Source: Vicinamibacterales bacterium (GTDB taxonomy: Bacteria > Acidobacteriota > Vicinamibacteria > Vicinamibacterales > CAVVIG01). Taken from it: a DNA stretch of 37,159 nucleotides. A program made the position numbers and the translations under genes. The stretch's first letter is position 1. Every line of letters begins with the position of its first letter. The DNA lies in the NCBI GenBank assembly GCA_051985095.1, contig JBPYEE010000581.1, positions 1-37,159 of the forward strand. Reading direction: 5' to 3'. The notes under the pieces were generated by a model, which did no database searches, had not been told where the DNA came from, and saw only the letters and a list, made by a program, of their open reading frames with translations. Of the stretch, positions 16,964 to 25,533 are shown one piece after another.

Positions 16964-17734
16964 ATGCGCACGTTTCTGGCAGCCGCCGTGGTTGTGGGGG
17001 GTGCGTGCCTGGCAACGGCCCAAAACGATTTCGACTGGCGAGGGCAGATCGCCTCGGGCCAAACGCTCGAAATCAAGGGCATCAACGGTGACGTTCATGC
17101 GGTCGCCTCCGGCGGGGGCAATGCCGAGGTCCACGCCACGAAGACTGCGCGCAGCGGTAACCCGGATGCGGTTCATATTGAGGTCGTGCCCCATGGCGGC
17201 GGTGTCACGATCTGCGCGATCTATCCGGATGTGCCGGGCGAAGACCCCAATCGGTGCGAACCAGGCCCGAACAGCCACTCGCATGTCAAGGACAACAGTA
17301 CGAGCGTCCGTTTCGAGGTCCGCGTCCCCTCCGGCGTGAAGTTCGTCGGGCGGACCGTGAACGGCAGCGTCGAAGCCGAGTCGCTGACCGACGACGCCGA
17401 GGGCCATACGGTCAACGGATCGGTCAAGGTGTCGACGATGGGGCTGGCCCTGGCCAACACGGTCAACGGGTCGCTCGATCTGACGATGGGGCGGGCCGAC
17501 TTCTCAAGCGGCACGAAGTTCTCGACCGTGAATGGCGGCATCACGCTGCACGTGCCGTCGTCTTTGAACGCGAACGTGCGCGCGTCGGTACTGAACGGCA
17601 CGATCGAGACCGATTTTCCGATCACCGTGACCGGCACGGTAACGCGCCGGCGTGTTGAAGGAACGATTGGCGGCGGCGGTCCGGATCTCCAGCTGTCGAC
17701 CGTCAACGGCAACATTCGACTGAAGGCGAACTGA
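16964..17734 (+). CDS. DUF4097-type beta-strand repeat protein (putative adhesin-like), secreted
   Basis: ATG 16964 preceded by GGCGGAGGA. Signal peptide MRTFLAAAVVVGGACLATAQ. Six xVNGxhxh strands: TVNGSVEAES, TVNGSVKVST, TVNGSLDLTM, TVNGGITLHV, VLNGTIETDF, TVNGNIRLKA. The listed 16214 start is an artefactual extension antisense to GrpB. Confidence 0.8.
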   Translation: MRTFLAAAVVVGGACLATAQNDFDWRGQIASGQTLEIKGINGDVHAVASGGGNAEVHATKTARSGNPDAVHIEVVPHGGGVTICAIYPDVPGEDPNRCEPGPNSHSHVKDNSTSVRFEVRVPSGVKFVGRTVNGSVEAESLTDDAEGHTVNGSVKVSTMGLALANTVNGSLDLTMGRADFSSGTKFSTVNGGITLHVPSSLNANVRASVLNGTIETDFPITVTGTVTRRRVEGTIGGGGPDLQLSTVNGNIRLKAN

Positions 17735-17802
17735 GCAGGCGCCTGTACGGCGGCTGGTAGTAGCAGCCACCTCGTCGGTACAGTGGGGCGGTCGGTTTTC
17801 GG

Positions 17803-20700
17803 TTGTTCTACATCGCCCCCCTGCTGGTCTGGCTGCTGTCCGCACAATCGCCAAATACTGCCAGTCTGCTGGTCACCGTCACCGACCAGAGCGGCGCAGT
17901 GGTGCCCGGCGCGCAGGTATCCGTCACGCGTGGCGATACCGGTTCGTCGCGTCAGGCGATGACGGGCGACGACGGAACGATCACCATCGTCGCGTTGCCG
18001 ATCGGCGGCACCTACACCGTCGTCGTCAGTAAACCGGGGTTTGAGCCACAAACGGTACATGACGTGACACTCCGCGCGGGCGAAACGGCCCGCGTTCGGA
18101 CCGAGCTCACCGTGACGGGCGGCTCCAGCGAGGTCACCGTCTACGGCACGACGCGGGGAATCCGGAACGACCCGGAACTTGGCACGCGGCTGGACGACGC
18201 GCAAATCGACGCCACCCCGCTCGTCGGTCGCAAGATTTCGTCCCTGCCGCTGCTGGACGCCGCTTTTCGAAACGCCAAGGGCACCGGCGATCTGTTCATG
18301 AACACGGTGTACGTCGTCGCCGGCGCCGGTGGCCGTCGTCAAGCCGACTACGTCGTGGATGGGGCGTCGGGCGACGAGCCGTGGGGCCGGCAAACGATGT
18401 TTTCCACGATTCCGGTCGCCGCGATTCAGGAAATGAACGTCATGTCGCGCGCGTTTTCGGCCGAGTTCGGCTGGACCGCGAGCGCCGCCGTCAATGTCGT
18501 CACGAAATCAGGGACCAATACGACGCAGGGCGAGGCGCTTTTTCTGGGGCGGCCGGGCGGCCTGCAGGCGAAGTCGCTGCCGAGCGACGCCCAATGTCCC
18601 GACGCCATCACGACCTGCGTCCCGCCGGCCACCAACGGCGTGGCCCAGCGCCTGGTGCCTCCCGACGTGCCCGATTCCCTCGCGCAAGGGTCGTTCGCCA
18701 TCGGTGGCGCGATTGTCGCAGACCGGACGCACTATTTTCTGGCGGCTGAGGGGACCGGGCAGGACCGCGCCGCGGCCGTCACCTCGCCGCTCGTCCCGTC
18801 GGGCACGACCTTTCTCGGCAACTACCGGCAGGCGCTCGTAGACGCACGCGTCGACCACGCGGTCTCCAACGAAAATCGCCTGATGGCGCGATTCAATCTC
18901 GATCGCTTTTACGACACGAACCCACAAGACGCGGTCGGCGGCACCGTTCTGCCGAGCGCCGGCCGCCGGTTCAGCCGTCATAGCTACACGGGTCAGCTCA
19001 CCGACACGACCGTCCTCTCCTCATCCATGCTGAACGAAGCGCGCGTCAGCTATCAGGACGCCGATCCCGTCACGGCGTTCGATCCACTGACGCCGTCTAC
19101 GCAGCTCACACGCGCGGGCGCCGTGCCATTCACAACGGGCGAATCGCGGTTTGCGCATGTCTCCAGCCGCATTGGTCAGCTCTCCGACACTCTTTCGTGG
19201 ACGAAGGGACCGCATTACATCCGTTTCGGCGGCAGCCTGGCCGAGAACGCCTCCGGGGGGGATGGCACGGAGTTCGGCAACGCCTTTGTGCTCGGTCAGT
19301 TCACCATCGATGCCACGTCGACCAAGCCGATCGATCAGCTCGCGTTGTCCGACGTCGAGCGGTATCAACAGAGCTTTAATCTCGGCGCCGGCACGTACGT
19401 CCTGTCGCAGTGGATCTACGACCTGTTCGTTCAGGACAGCGTGCGGGCCCGAGCCGACCTGACACTGGATGTCGGCATCCGTTACGACCGGCAGACATTC
19501 AGCCAGGGAACCAGGAACCTGGCTCCACGGGTCGGGTTCGCCTGGAATCCTCACGGGGATCGGCGAACGTCGGTGCGCGGAGGGTACGGACTCTATTACA
19601 CGATGCTCCGCGCGAACACCGATGCGAGCTTCACGCTCAATGGCCCGCAGGGCATCTTTACCTACACCGCCACCGCAGGACAGACGGGCTTCCCGGCGTG
19701 TCTGTCGTGCACACCGGTCGCATTCAACCCGAACGCCGCGGTCGCGACCCTTCCGCCGCGAAACATCACGATCGAACCCGGTCTGGCGTCGTATTACGCG
19801 CAGTTCTTCGATATCTCGAAGCTGCCGCGGTACGCGACGGCCACGTTCGACAATCCCCGGAGCCAGGTCGGCTCGGTCGGCATCGAACGCGAGATCGCGC
19901 CGCGTCTGTTCGTCTCGGCCGATTATGTGACGCAGCACTGGACGGGACTCGACGAGACCGTTGATGTGAACGCGCCGGCGCCGTTCGTGCGCACCGCGCC
20001 GGGTCAGGTCCGCTCGGTCGCGGCGGCCGACCTGACGCGTCCAATCGTTCCCGTCAACGGCGGCTATCGCATGATCGACGTCGTCGAAAACCTCGGGGTC
20101 GCCGACTACAATGGCCTGCAAACGGGACTGCGCTGGCAAGCCGAGCGTGTCAGGCTGTCGGTCAGCTACACGCTATCGAAGGCGACGAACACCACCGAGC
20201 CGGACGGCAACGGAGCTGGACCGAACGATTTCAATCAACTGGGCGAGACCGAACGCGGACCGAGCCTGCTCGATCAGCGGCATCGTGCCGTCATTGCTGG
20301 GGCCTTCCGCCTGCCGCTGAACATCACCGTCGGGACGACGACGTCGCTCGCATCGGCCAAACCGTTCAACGCCACGACCGGCGTCGACAACAACGGGGAC
20401 GGCACGAACAATGACCGTCCGGTCATCGACGGTGCAGTGGTCAGCCGGTACGCGTTCCGCGGGACGCCCATCTCGAGCGTCGATCTCTTCGCCGACTATC
20501 AGGTCCGGATTCAGAGCCGCCGGTCGATCGTGCTTCGGCTCGAAACGTTTAACGTCTTCAACCACGCGAACGTGCTGGCGCGCAACGGCACGTACGGCGA
20601 CACCGGCACGCCGCTGCCCACCTTCGGTCAGGCGCTGCCGGGCCTCTCGAGCATCGAGCCGGGGCGAATGGTCCAGGTTCAGCTGCGGTTCAATTACTGA
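17803..20700 (+). CDS. TonB-dependent receptor with N-terminal carboxypeptidase-regulatory-like domain
   Basis: 965 aa. CarboxypepD_reg-like start (LLVTVTDQSGAVVPGAQVSVTRGDTGSSRQAMTGDDGTITIVALPIGGTYTVVVSKPGFEP), then plug and barrel regions, and a terminal aromatic ...VQVQLRFNY. TTG start and a short signal peptide, so the exact start is uncertain. Confidence 0.85.
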   Translation: MFYIAPLLVWLLSAQSPNTASLLVTVTDQSGAVVPGAQVSVTRGDTGSSRQAMTGDDGTITIVALPIGGTYTVVVSKPGFEPQTVHDVTLRAGETARVRTELTVTGGSSEVTVYGTTRGIRNDPELGTRLDDAQIDATPLVGRKISSLPLLDAAFRNAKGTGDLFMNTVYVVAGAGGRRQADYVVDGASGDEPWGRQTMFSTIPVAAIQEMNVMSRAFSAEFGWTASAAVNVVTKSGTNTTQGEALFLGRPGGLQAKSLPSDAQCPDAITTCVPPATNGVAQRLVPPDVPDSLAQGSFAIGGAIVADRTHYFLAAEGTGQDRAAAVTSPLVPSGTTFLGNYRQALVDARVDHAVSNENRLMARFNLDRFYDTNPQDAVGGTVLPSAGRRFSRHSYTGQLTDTTVLSSSMLNEARVSYQDADPVTAFDPLTPSTQLTRAGAVPFTTGESRFAHVSSRIGQLSDTLSWTKGPHYIRFGGSLAENASGGDGTEFGNAFVLGQFTIDATSTKPIDQLALSDVERYQQSFNLGAGTYVLSQWIYDLFVQDSVRARADLTLDVGIRYDRQTFSQGTRNLAPRVGFAWNPHGDRRTSVRGGYGLYYTMLRANTDASFTLNGPQGIFTYTATAGQTGFPACLSCTPVAFNPNAAVATLPPRNITIEPGLASYYAQFFDISKLPRYATATFDNPRSQVGSVGIEREIAPRLFVSADYVTQHWTGLDETVDVNAPAPFVRTAPGQVRSVAAADLTRPIVPVNGGYRMIDVVENLGVADYNGLQTGLRWQAERVRLSVSYTLSKATNTTEPDGNGAGPNDFNQLGETERGPSLLDQRHRAVIAGAFRLPLNITVGTTTSLASAKPFNATTGVDNNGDGTNNDRPVIDGAVVSRYAFRGTPISSVDLFADYQVRIQSRRSIVLRLETFNVFNHANVLARNGTYGDTGTPLPTFGQALPGLSSIEPGRMVQVQLRFNY

Positions 20701-20723
20701 ACCGCCAGGCATCCTGCGCGCGG

Positions 20724-21800
20724 CTACGGATGCCGCGGCATCGTTCGCTTCCCGTCGACGACGGGCGGAAAGTCCTTCACCTCGTCGTAGACCTCGGTGA
20801 TAAACCGATCTTTGCTCTGCTGCGTGTCGCCCTGCGTGGTCTTGTCGTACGGCGCAGTCAGGTTCGCCGCCAGGACCTCCTTCAGCGATCGGCCCTGATC
20901 GCGCATCGTCTGCACCTTCGCGAGCATGTCTACGAGCATCGCGCGATACGGCAGGAGGTCCTTCTTCTTGACCAGCGTCCCGTGACCGGGCACGAGCGTG
21001 GTGTCGGCGCCCGCGACCTTCCCGATGAGATCGACCGCGTCGATCATGCCGCGGATCGAGCCGCCATTGGCCTGATCGGCAAACGGGTACCCGAAGTTGC
21101 GGTAGAAGTCCTCGATGTAAATGACATTCGCCTTGCGGAAGCGGACGATGGTGTCGCCCGCCGTGTGGGACGGCATCATCGGAATGAAGTCCACCGTTTC
21201 GCCGTTCATGTCGAGTGTCACCGCCGGCTGCCCCGGCGAAGCCGGGTTGTACTCGTAGACGGCGACCGGCACACCGGCCATCTCCGGCGCCGGCGCCGCT
21301 TGCCCGTTGCCGCGCGCCGGCGGATGCAGCATCTCCGTGCGCAGGTTGTTCTGCGCGAAGATGACCGCCCCCTGCTGGGCGAAAAAGGCATTCGCTCCCG
21401 TGTGGTCGGGATGAATGTGCGAATTGACCAGAACCTTGATCGGTGCGTTCGTAAACGACCGGATGGCTTTCAACGTCTTTTCGGCGACCTGGCGGTTCTC
21501 GGTGTCGACCATCAGCACGCCGTCGGCTCCAAAAAGGGCCATGGCCCGGCCACCGGACGCGTCGGGATGTGCCGGATCCAGACCTTGTGACCCGTGGAGA
21601 ACGAAGAGATTGGGCGACATTTTTTCCGTCACTCGAATCTCGATCTTGTCCCACGGGATCTGATAGCCCTCAGGAAAGGTGTACGGACCCTTTCCGGTGG
21701 CGATAATTGTCATGGGATACTCAGCGGCCTGCGACCAGGCCGTCACGCGTATCGCCGCCAGCGCCGCAATGCCAACCAACAGCCACGAGCATCTCTTCAC
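20724..21800 (-). CDS. MBL-fold metallo-hydrolase, secreted
   Basis: Signal peptide MKRCSWLLVGIAALAAIRVTAWSQA and the HxHxDH motif (NSHIHPDHTG). Confidence 0.85.
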   Translation of the reverse strand: MKRCSWLLVGIAALAAIRVTAWSQAAEYPMTIIATGKGPYTFPEGYQIPWDKIEIRVTEKMSPNLFVLHGSQGLDPAHPDASGGRAMALFGADGVLMVDTENRQVAEKTLKAIRSFTNAPIKVLVNSHIHPDHTGANAFFAQQGAVIFAQNNLRTEMLHPPARGNGQAAPAPEMAGVPVAVYEYNPASPGQPAVTLDMNGETVDFIPMMPSHTAGDTIVRFRKANVIYIEDFYRNFGYPFADQANGGSIRGMIDAVDLIGKVAGADTTLVPGHGTLVKKKDLLPYRAMLVDMLAKVQTMRDQGRSLKEVLAANLTAPYDKTTQGDTQQSKDRFITEVYDEVKDFPPVVDGKRTMPRHP

Positions 21801-21877
21801 GATCCACTCCTTGTCTCGGTTGAGATGGCGAGTGTGGCATACGGGTACCTCCGGGCCAAGCTGAATCTGCTGCCGCG

Positions 21878-22570
21878 ATGATCGCCGTCATTTTCGGGGG
21901 AACGGGGATGGTCGGCAGAGGCGTCCTGCTCGAGTGTCTCGACGACCCGCGCGTCGACCAGGGGCGGCTGGTGTCGCGGCGACCCACCGAGCTCAGGCAT
22001 CCGAAAATTCGCGACATCGTTCACGCGGACTTCTCCGACTTCTCGCGCCTCGAGCCGCAGTTTGCGGACTGCGACGCCTGTTTCTTCTGTCTGGGCGTGT
22101 TATCGGTCGGCGTCTGCGAACGCCAGAATCGTCACGTGACCTAGACGCTTGCGGCGGGGTCGGCAATCGCGTCTGCGACAGGGGGCGCCTGACGTTCTGC
22201 TATGTCTCCGGCGAAGGGACCGACAGCACCGAACGCGGACCAATTGCCTGGGCGCACGAAAGGTGCGACCGAAAATGCGCTTTTGCGACTCCCTTTCAAG
22301 GCCGCCTTCATGTTCCGGCCGGGTTCCATCCAGCCGCTCAAGGGCATCCGCTCGAAGACGCGCTGGTATCAGGTGGTTTATGACGTCGTCGGCCCCATGG
22401 ATCCCGTTTTGCGTCGCCTGGCGCCGCGGCATGTCGCGACCGCAACGGCGTGCGCCCTGCTCGGGCTGACGACGACAACCAACATTGGCCGCGCGATGGT
22501 TCGGGCGGCGGAGGGCTACTCCAGCAAATTCCTGTCTTCGGCCGATATCAATCACCTCGCGGGCGCGATC
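21878..22570 (+). pseudogene. disrupted NAD(P)H-binding (NAD_binding_10 / atypical SDR-like) gene
   Basis: N-terminus MIAVIFGGTGMVGRGVLLECL... is intact, then an in-frame TAG at 22142-22144. The conserved [17 protein letters not shown] segment is in another frame (shift near G-run 22181-22185). The frame returns near 22250-22258 for [34 protein letters not shown]. Reconstruction uses remembered homologues. Confidence 0.6.
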
Positions 22571-22660
22571 CGAAGACCAGTTCTCCGATGGACGTACGAT
22601 CGCTGCGGCGCTCAAGCGGATCAGCTTGCACGATTCCCGGGCCCTCCCCATGCTGATGAC

Positions 22661-23233
22661 ATGAAGCGAGCGCTTGTTGTTCTCGGTGTCGCCGTCATAT
22701 CTGCTCTGCCTGCCCTCGCGCAGCGGAACCGCGGCGCGGAGCGACCGGCCGGCGGAGGCGTTGAGCGCGGCGTCGGCGGTGGCCACATTCCGGCCCACGG
22801 GCCCGAACCGACGAACCGCCCGGCTGGCGGCGCCCGACAGGGGCCGCCGCCGCAAGAAAGTCGGACCCGCTTTCGCGATCAGCCGGGCCATCCGGAAGCG
22901 CCGCACGTCCACGCGAACGATGACCGGTGGATCGGCCACGATACCGGGCGCCAGGACGTCCACTACCACCTGGATCATCCATGGGAGCACGGTCGCTTCA
23001 CCGGCCCGATCGGCCCGACTCACATTTTCCGCTTGCACGGAGGCACCCGCGACCGATTCGCGCTCGAAGGGGCCTTCTTTCAGGTGGCGCCGTACGATTA
23101 CGACTACACGGCGGACTGGCTGTGGGACAGCGACGACATCGTCTTATACAGCGACCCTGATCACGACGGCTGGTACCTCGCGTACAACGTGCGGCTCGGC
23201 ACTTACGTGCACGTGATGTATCTCGGGACGTAG
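22661..23233 (+). CDS. secreted hypothetical protein with His/Asp/Trp/Tyr-rich C-terminal domain
   Basis: ATG 22661. Signal peptide [21 protein letters not shown], a low-complexity Gly/Pro/Arg linker, then [15 protein letters not shown]...[51 protein letters not shown]. The listed ORF 22202..23233 merges it with the upstream pseudogene tail. Confidence 0.65.
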   Translation: MKRALVVLGVAVISALPALAQRNRGAERPAGGGVERGVGGGHIPAHGPEPTNRPAGGARQGPPPQESRTRFRDQPGHPEAPHVHANDDRWIGHDTGRQDVHYHLDHPWEHGRFTGPIGPTHIFRLHGGTRDRFALEGAFFQVAPYDYDYTADWLWDSDDIVLYSDPDHDGWYLAYNVRLGTYVHVMYLGT

Positions 23234-23289
23234 TGCGGACTGCCGTGCCCCTGCCGACCGCCGGCGCCTCGTCCGAACCGCGTGGTTGA

Positions 23290-23727
23290 TCACGAGCGAA
23301 CGAGCCGCCGCCGGCGCGGCCCGCGGAACGCAAACCCCGGGACCGCGGGCGCGCCGCGGAGGAACCAGATCGCGATGAGCGCATCGAAGATCATGCATCC
23401 AAACGACGAGGTACGCATGAATGGCCAGATGGGGTTACCCCAGAGGTGGTGCGGGAGGTCCCATGCGGAGTGCATCAGCCATGCGATGCCGATCCACCGA
23501 TACGAGTGAAGACCGCGATAGGCGACCGGCGTCGCGATGATCGGATACAGCAACTCCCAGAAACCGAAGCCACCGCTCAGATACACACCCCCGGCGCCCG
23601 CCACGATGACCGCATTCAACGTTCGCCGAGTCGGCTCCTTCAGCTGGGACATGATCACTACGAACACGATCGCGCCGATTGCGGGACCGACGTAGTCCAT
23701 TAGCGCCAGCGGAGGCGGCGTCTGCAC
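23290..23727 (-). CDS. small integral membrane protein (about 4 TM), family not recognised
   Basis: 145 aa with hydrophobic segments (GPAIGAIVFVVIM, LNAVIVAGAGGVYLSGGFGFW, LLYPIIATPVAY, IGIAWLMHSAW, FGCMIFDALIAIWF). Lies 36 nt downstream of the carbamoyltransferase stop on the same strand. Confidence 0.65.
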   Translation of the reverse strand: MQTPPPLALMDYVGPAIGAIVFVVIMSQLKEPTRRTLNAVIVAGAGGVYLSGGFGFWELLYPIIATPVAYRGLHSYRWIGIAWLMHSAWDLPHHLWGNPIWPFMRTSSFGCMIFDALIAIWFLRGAPAVPGFAFRGPRRRRLVRS

Positions 23728-23763
23728 GGTGTGTCTCCTGTCCTGCGATCTGCGGCATGCCGA

Positions 23764-25533
23764 TCACGAGGTGCGAGCCGCATCGAAGCGCGCGACGCCC
23801 GGGCCGCCGCGCGGCTCGAGCCGTCCGCAGCTGGCGGTCTGTTCGGCGCCGATGAGAAACGATCCGATTGCAAGCCAGTCGGCACCCGACTGCCTGAAGA
23901 CATCGATCGCGTGAGTCGGCGTGCACACCAGCGGGGCGCCGTGGATGTTGAAGCTGGTATTGAGCACCGCTCCGTACCCGAGGCGCAGGCGGACGGCGCG
24001 GAGCAGATCGCCGAACGCGCCTGGAACCTGATCGGGCACGACCTGCGGGCGGCACGACCCGTCGACGCTCAACACCCCGGCCAGGGCCGGTCGCCATTCT
24101 GGTCGCACGGTATATGCCGTCGTCATGTGGCGGTTCGGCAGACCCGAGAAGTCAGCGAGCGCCCGGCGCGCGTCGCTCTCGAGCATCGACGGGCAGAAGG
24201 GCTGATACCAGACGCGGCGCTTGAGAATCAGATTCAGGCGGTCGCGGAGCTCCGGCCGATCCGGTCGAGCGAGGATGCTCCGATGCCCGAGTGCCCGCGG
24301 CCCGTATTCCATCCGACCCTGAAACCACAACACGACATGGCCGTCTGCGAGCAGGTCTGCGACCGCGTCCGGCAAATCCTCGAGGTGCTTGAGCGCGGGC
24401 GCGAAACCGCCCAGAGCGGCGCCGATCTCTGCGTCGCTATAGCCGGGTCCCAGTCCAAGATCATCGAGCTCGATCGCAAGGGGTTGGTTGTGTTCGACGG
24501 CGGCGGTTATGGCGGCGCCGCAGGCGAGTCCGCCGTCGCCCATGTGTGGGAAGACAAACACGTCATCGACCCCATCGAGATGTCGAATCGCCTGGTTGAC
24601 TTTCACGTTCGAGGCGACGCCCCCGGCCAGGGCGACCTGCGACTCTCCCGTTTGCTCGACGGCGTTTTTCACCAGGGTCGTGCAGGCGCACAGCAGCGCG
24701 CGCTGCGCCATGTACGCAAATTGCTCGTTGGATACGAACCAGTGATGCCGCGCCAGGACGCGCCGAAGCGCATGGCCGGGGGCGCTGGTGCGAAGCTGCA
24801 ATCCGTCGACCGTCAGAATGGAGAGCAGCGGATTCTGCGCATCTGCGACCGACGCCGCATAGTCCGCCAGCGCCATGACCTTGCCTTCGTCTTCGAGCGG
24901 CCGCATGTTGAGGAGCGCCGTGACATGTTCAAAAAACACCCCGGCCGAATGCTGCGCGGGCGTGCGGGCGACCAGCGTCAACCGGCCGTCGCGAAAGTGA
25001 TAGACCGCCGACGCCCAGCCGTCGCCCAACCCGTCAATCGTGACGACGGCGCACGACGCAAACGGGCTCGCGTGGGCTGCGGCCGTCGCGTGACAGCGGT
25101 GGTGATCGAACACATGCATCCGCGCGGCGCCCAGCCCGATCTGCGAGACGTCACGGTGAAACCCGCGGCGGTTGATCACGCGCGACCACCCCGTCGGCCC
25201 CCATTCGCGCACCCGGTACTGAACGGTATGGAGAAGCGTTGACCAGCGCCCCGGCCTGGCGCGCCGCCGCCGCTCGAGATAGAAGCCCTCGCGCGAGGAC
25301 GGCATGAGGCGTCCGAGCGCCTTCGACACTTCCAACGTGCACCCCGCGACGATGCCGATGTCTGCAGGCGCGAGATGCGCCGTCTCCAGGCACGCGTGGA
25401 CCGAGGCGACTGGAAACACGTAGTCGAGCTTGCGCCGCGTGAATCGTTCTTCGTTGGCCGCTGCGACCAGACGGCCGTCGACCAGCAGGGCGGCGCCAGC
25501 ATCGTGGCCATCCCAGATTCCGAGAATGTTCAC
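23764..25533 (-). CDS. NodU/CmcH-family carbamoyltransferase
   Basis: GTG 25533 overlaps the upstream stop (GTGA 25530-25533). N-terminal ILGIWDGHDAGAALLVDGRLVAAANEERFTRRK, FDHHRCHATAA, and C-terminal LNTSFNIHGAPLVCTP are signatures of this family. Confidence 0.85.
   Translation of the reverse strand: MNILGIWDGHDAGAALLVDGRLVAAANEERFTRRKLDYVFPVASVHACLETAHLAPADIGIVAGCTLEVSKALGRLMPSSREGFYLERRRRARPGRWSTLLHTVQYRVREWGPTGWSRVINRRGFHRDVSQIGLGAARMHVFDHHRCHATAAAHASPFASCAVVTIDGLGDGWASAVYHFRDGRLTLVARTPAQHSAGVFFEHVTALLNMRPLEDEGKVMALADYAASVADAQNPLLSILTVDGLQLRTSAPGHALRRVLARHHWFVSNEQFAYMAQRALLCACTTLVKNAVEQTGESQVALAGGVASNVKVNQAIRHLDGVDDVFVFPHMGDGGLACGAAITAAVEHNQPLAIELDDLGLGPGYSDAEIGAALGGFAPALKHLEDLPDAVADLLADGHVVLWFQGRMEYGPRALGHRSILARPDRPELRDRLNLILKRRVWYQPFCPSMLESDARRALADFSGLPNRHMTTAYTVRPEWRPALAGVLSVDGSCRPQVVPDQVPGAFGDLLRAVRLRLGYGAVLNTSFNIHGAPLVCTPTHAIDVFRQSGADWLAIGSFLIGAEQTASCGRLEPRGGPGVARFDAARTS

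Noticed and set aside
22202-23233. Single 343-aa ORF
   Set aside because: It is a chimera. The first 123 or so codons are the tail of the disrupted NAD(P)H-binding gene. A separate secreted protein starts at ATG 22661 with its own signal peptide.
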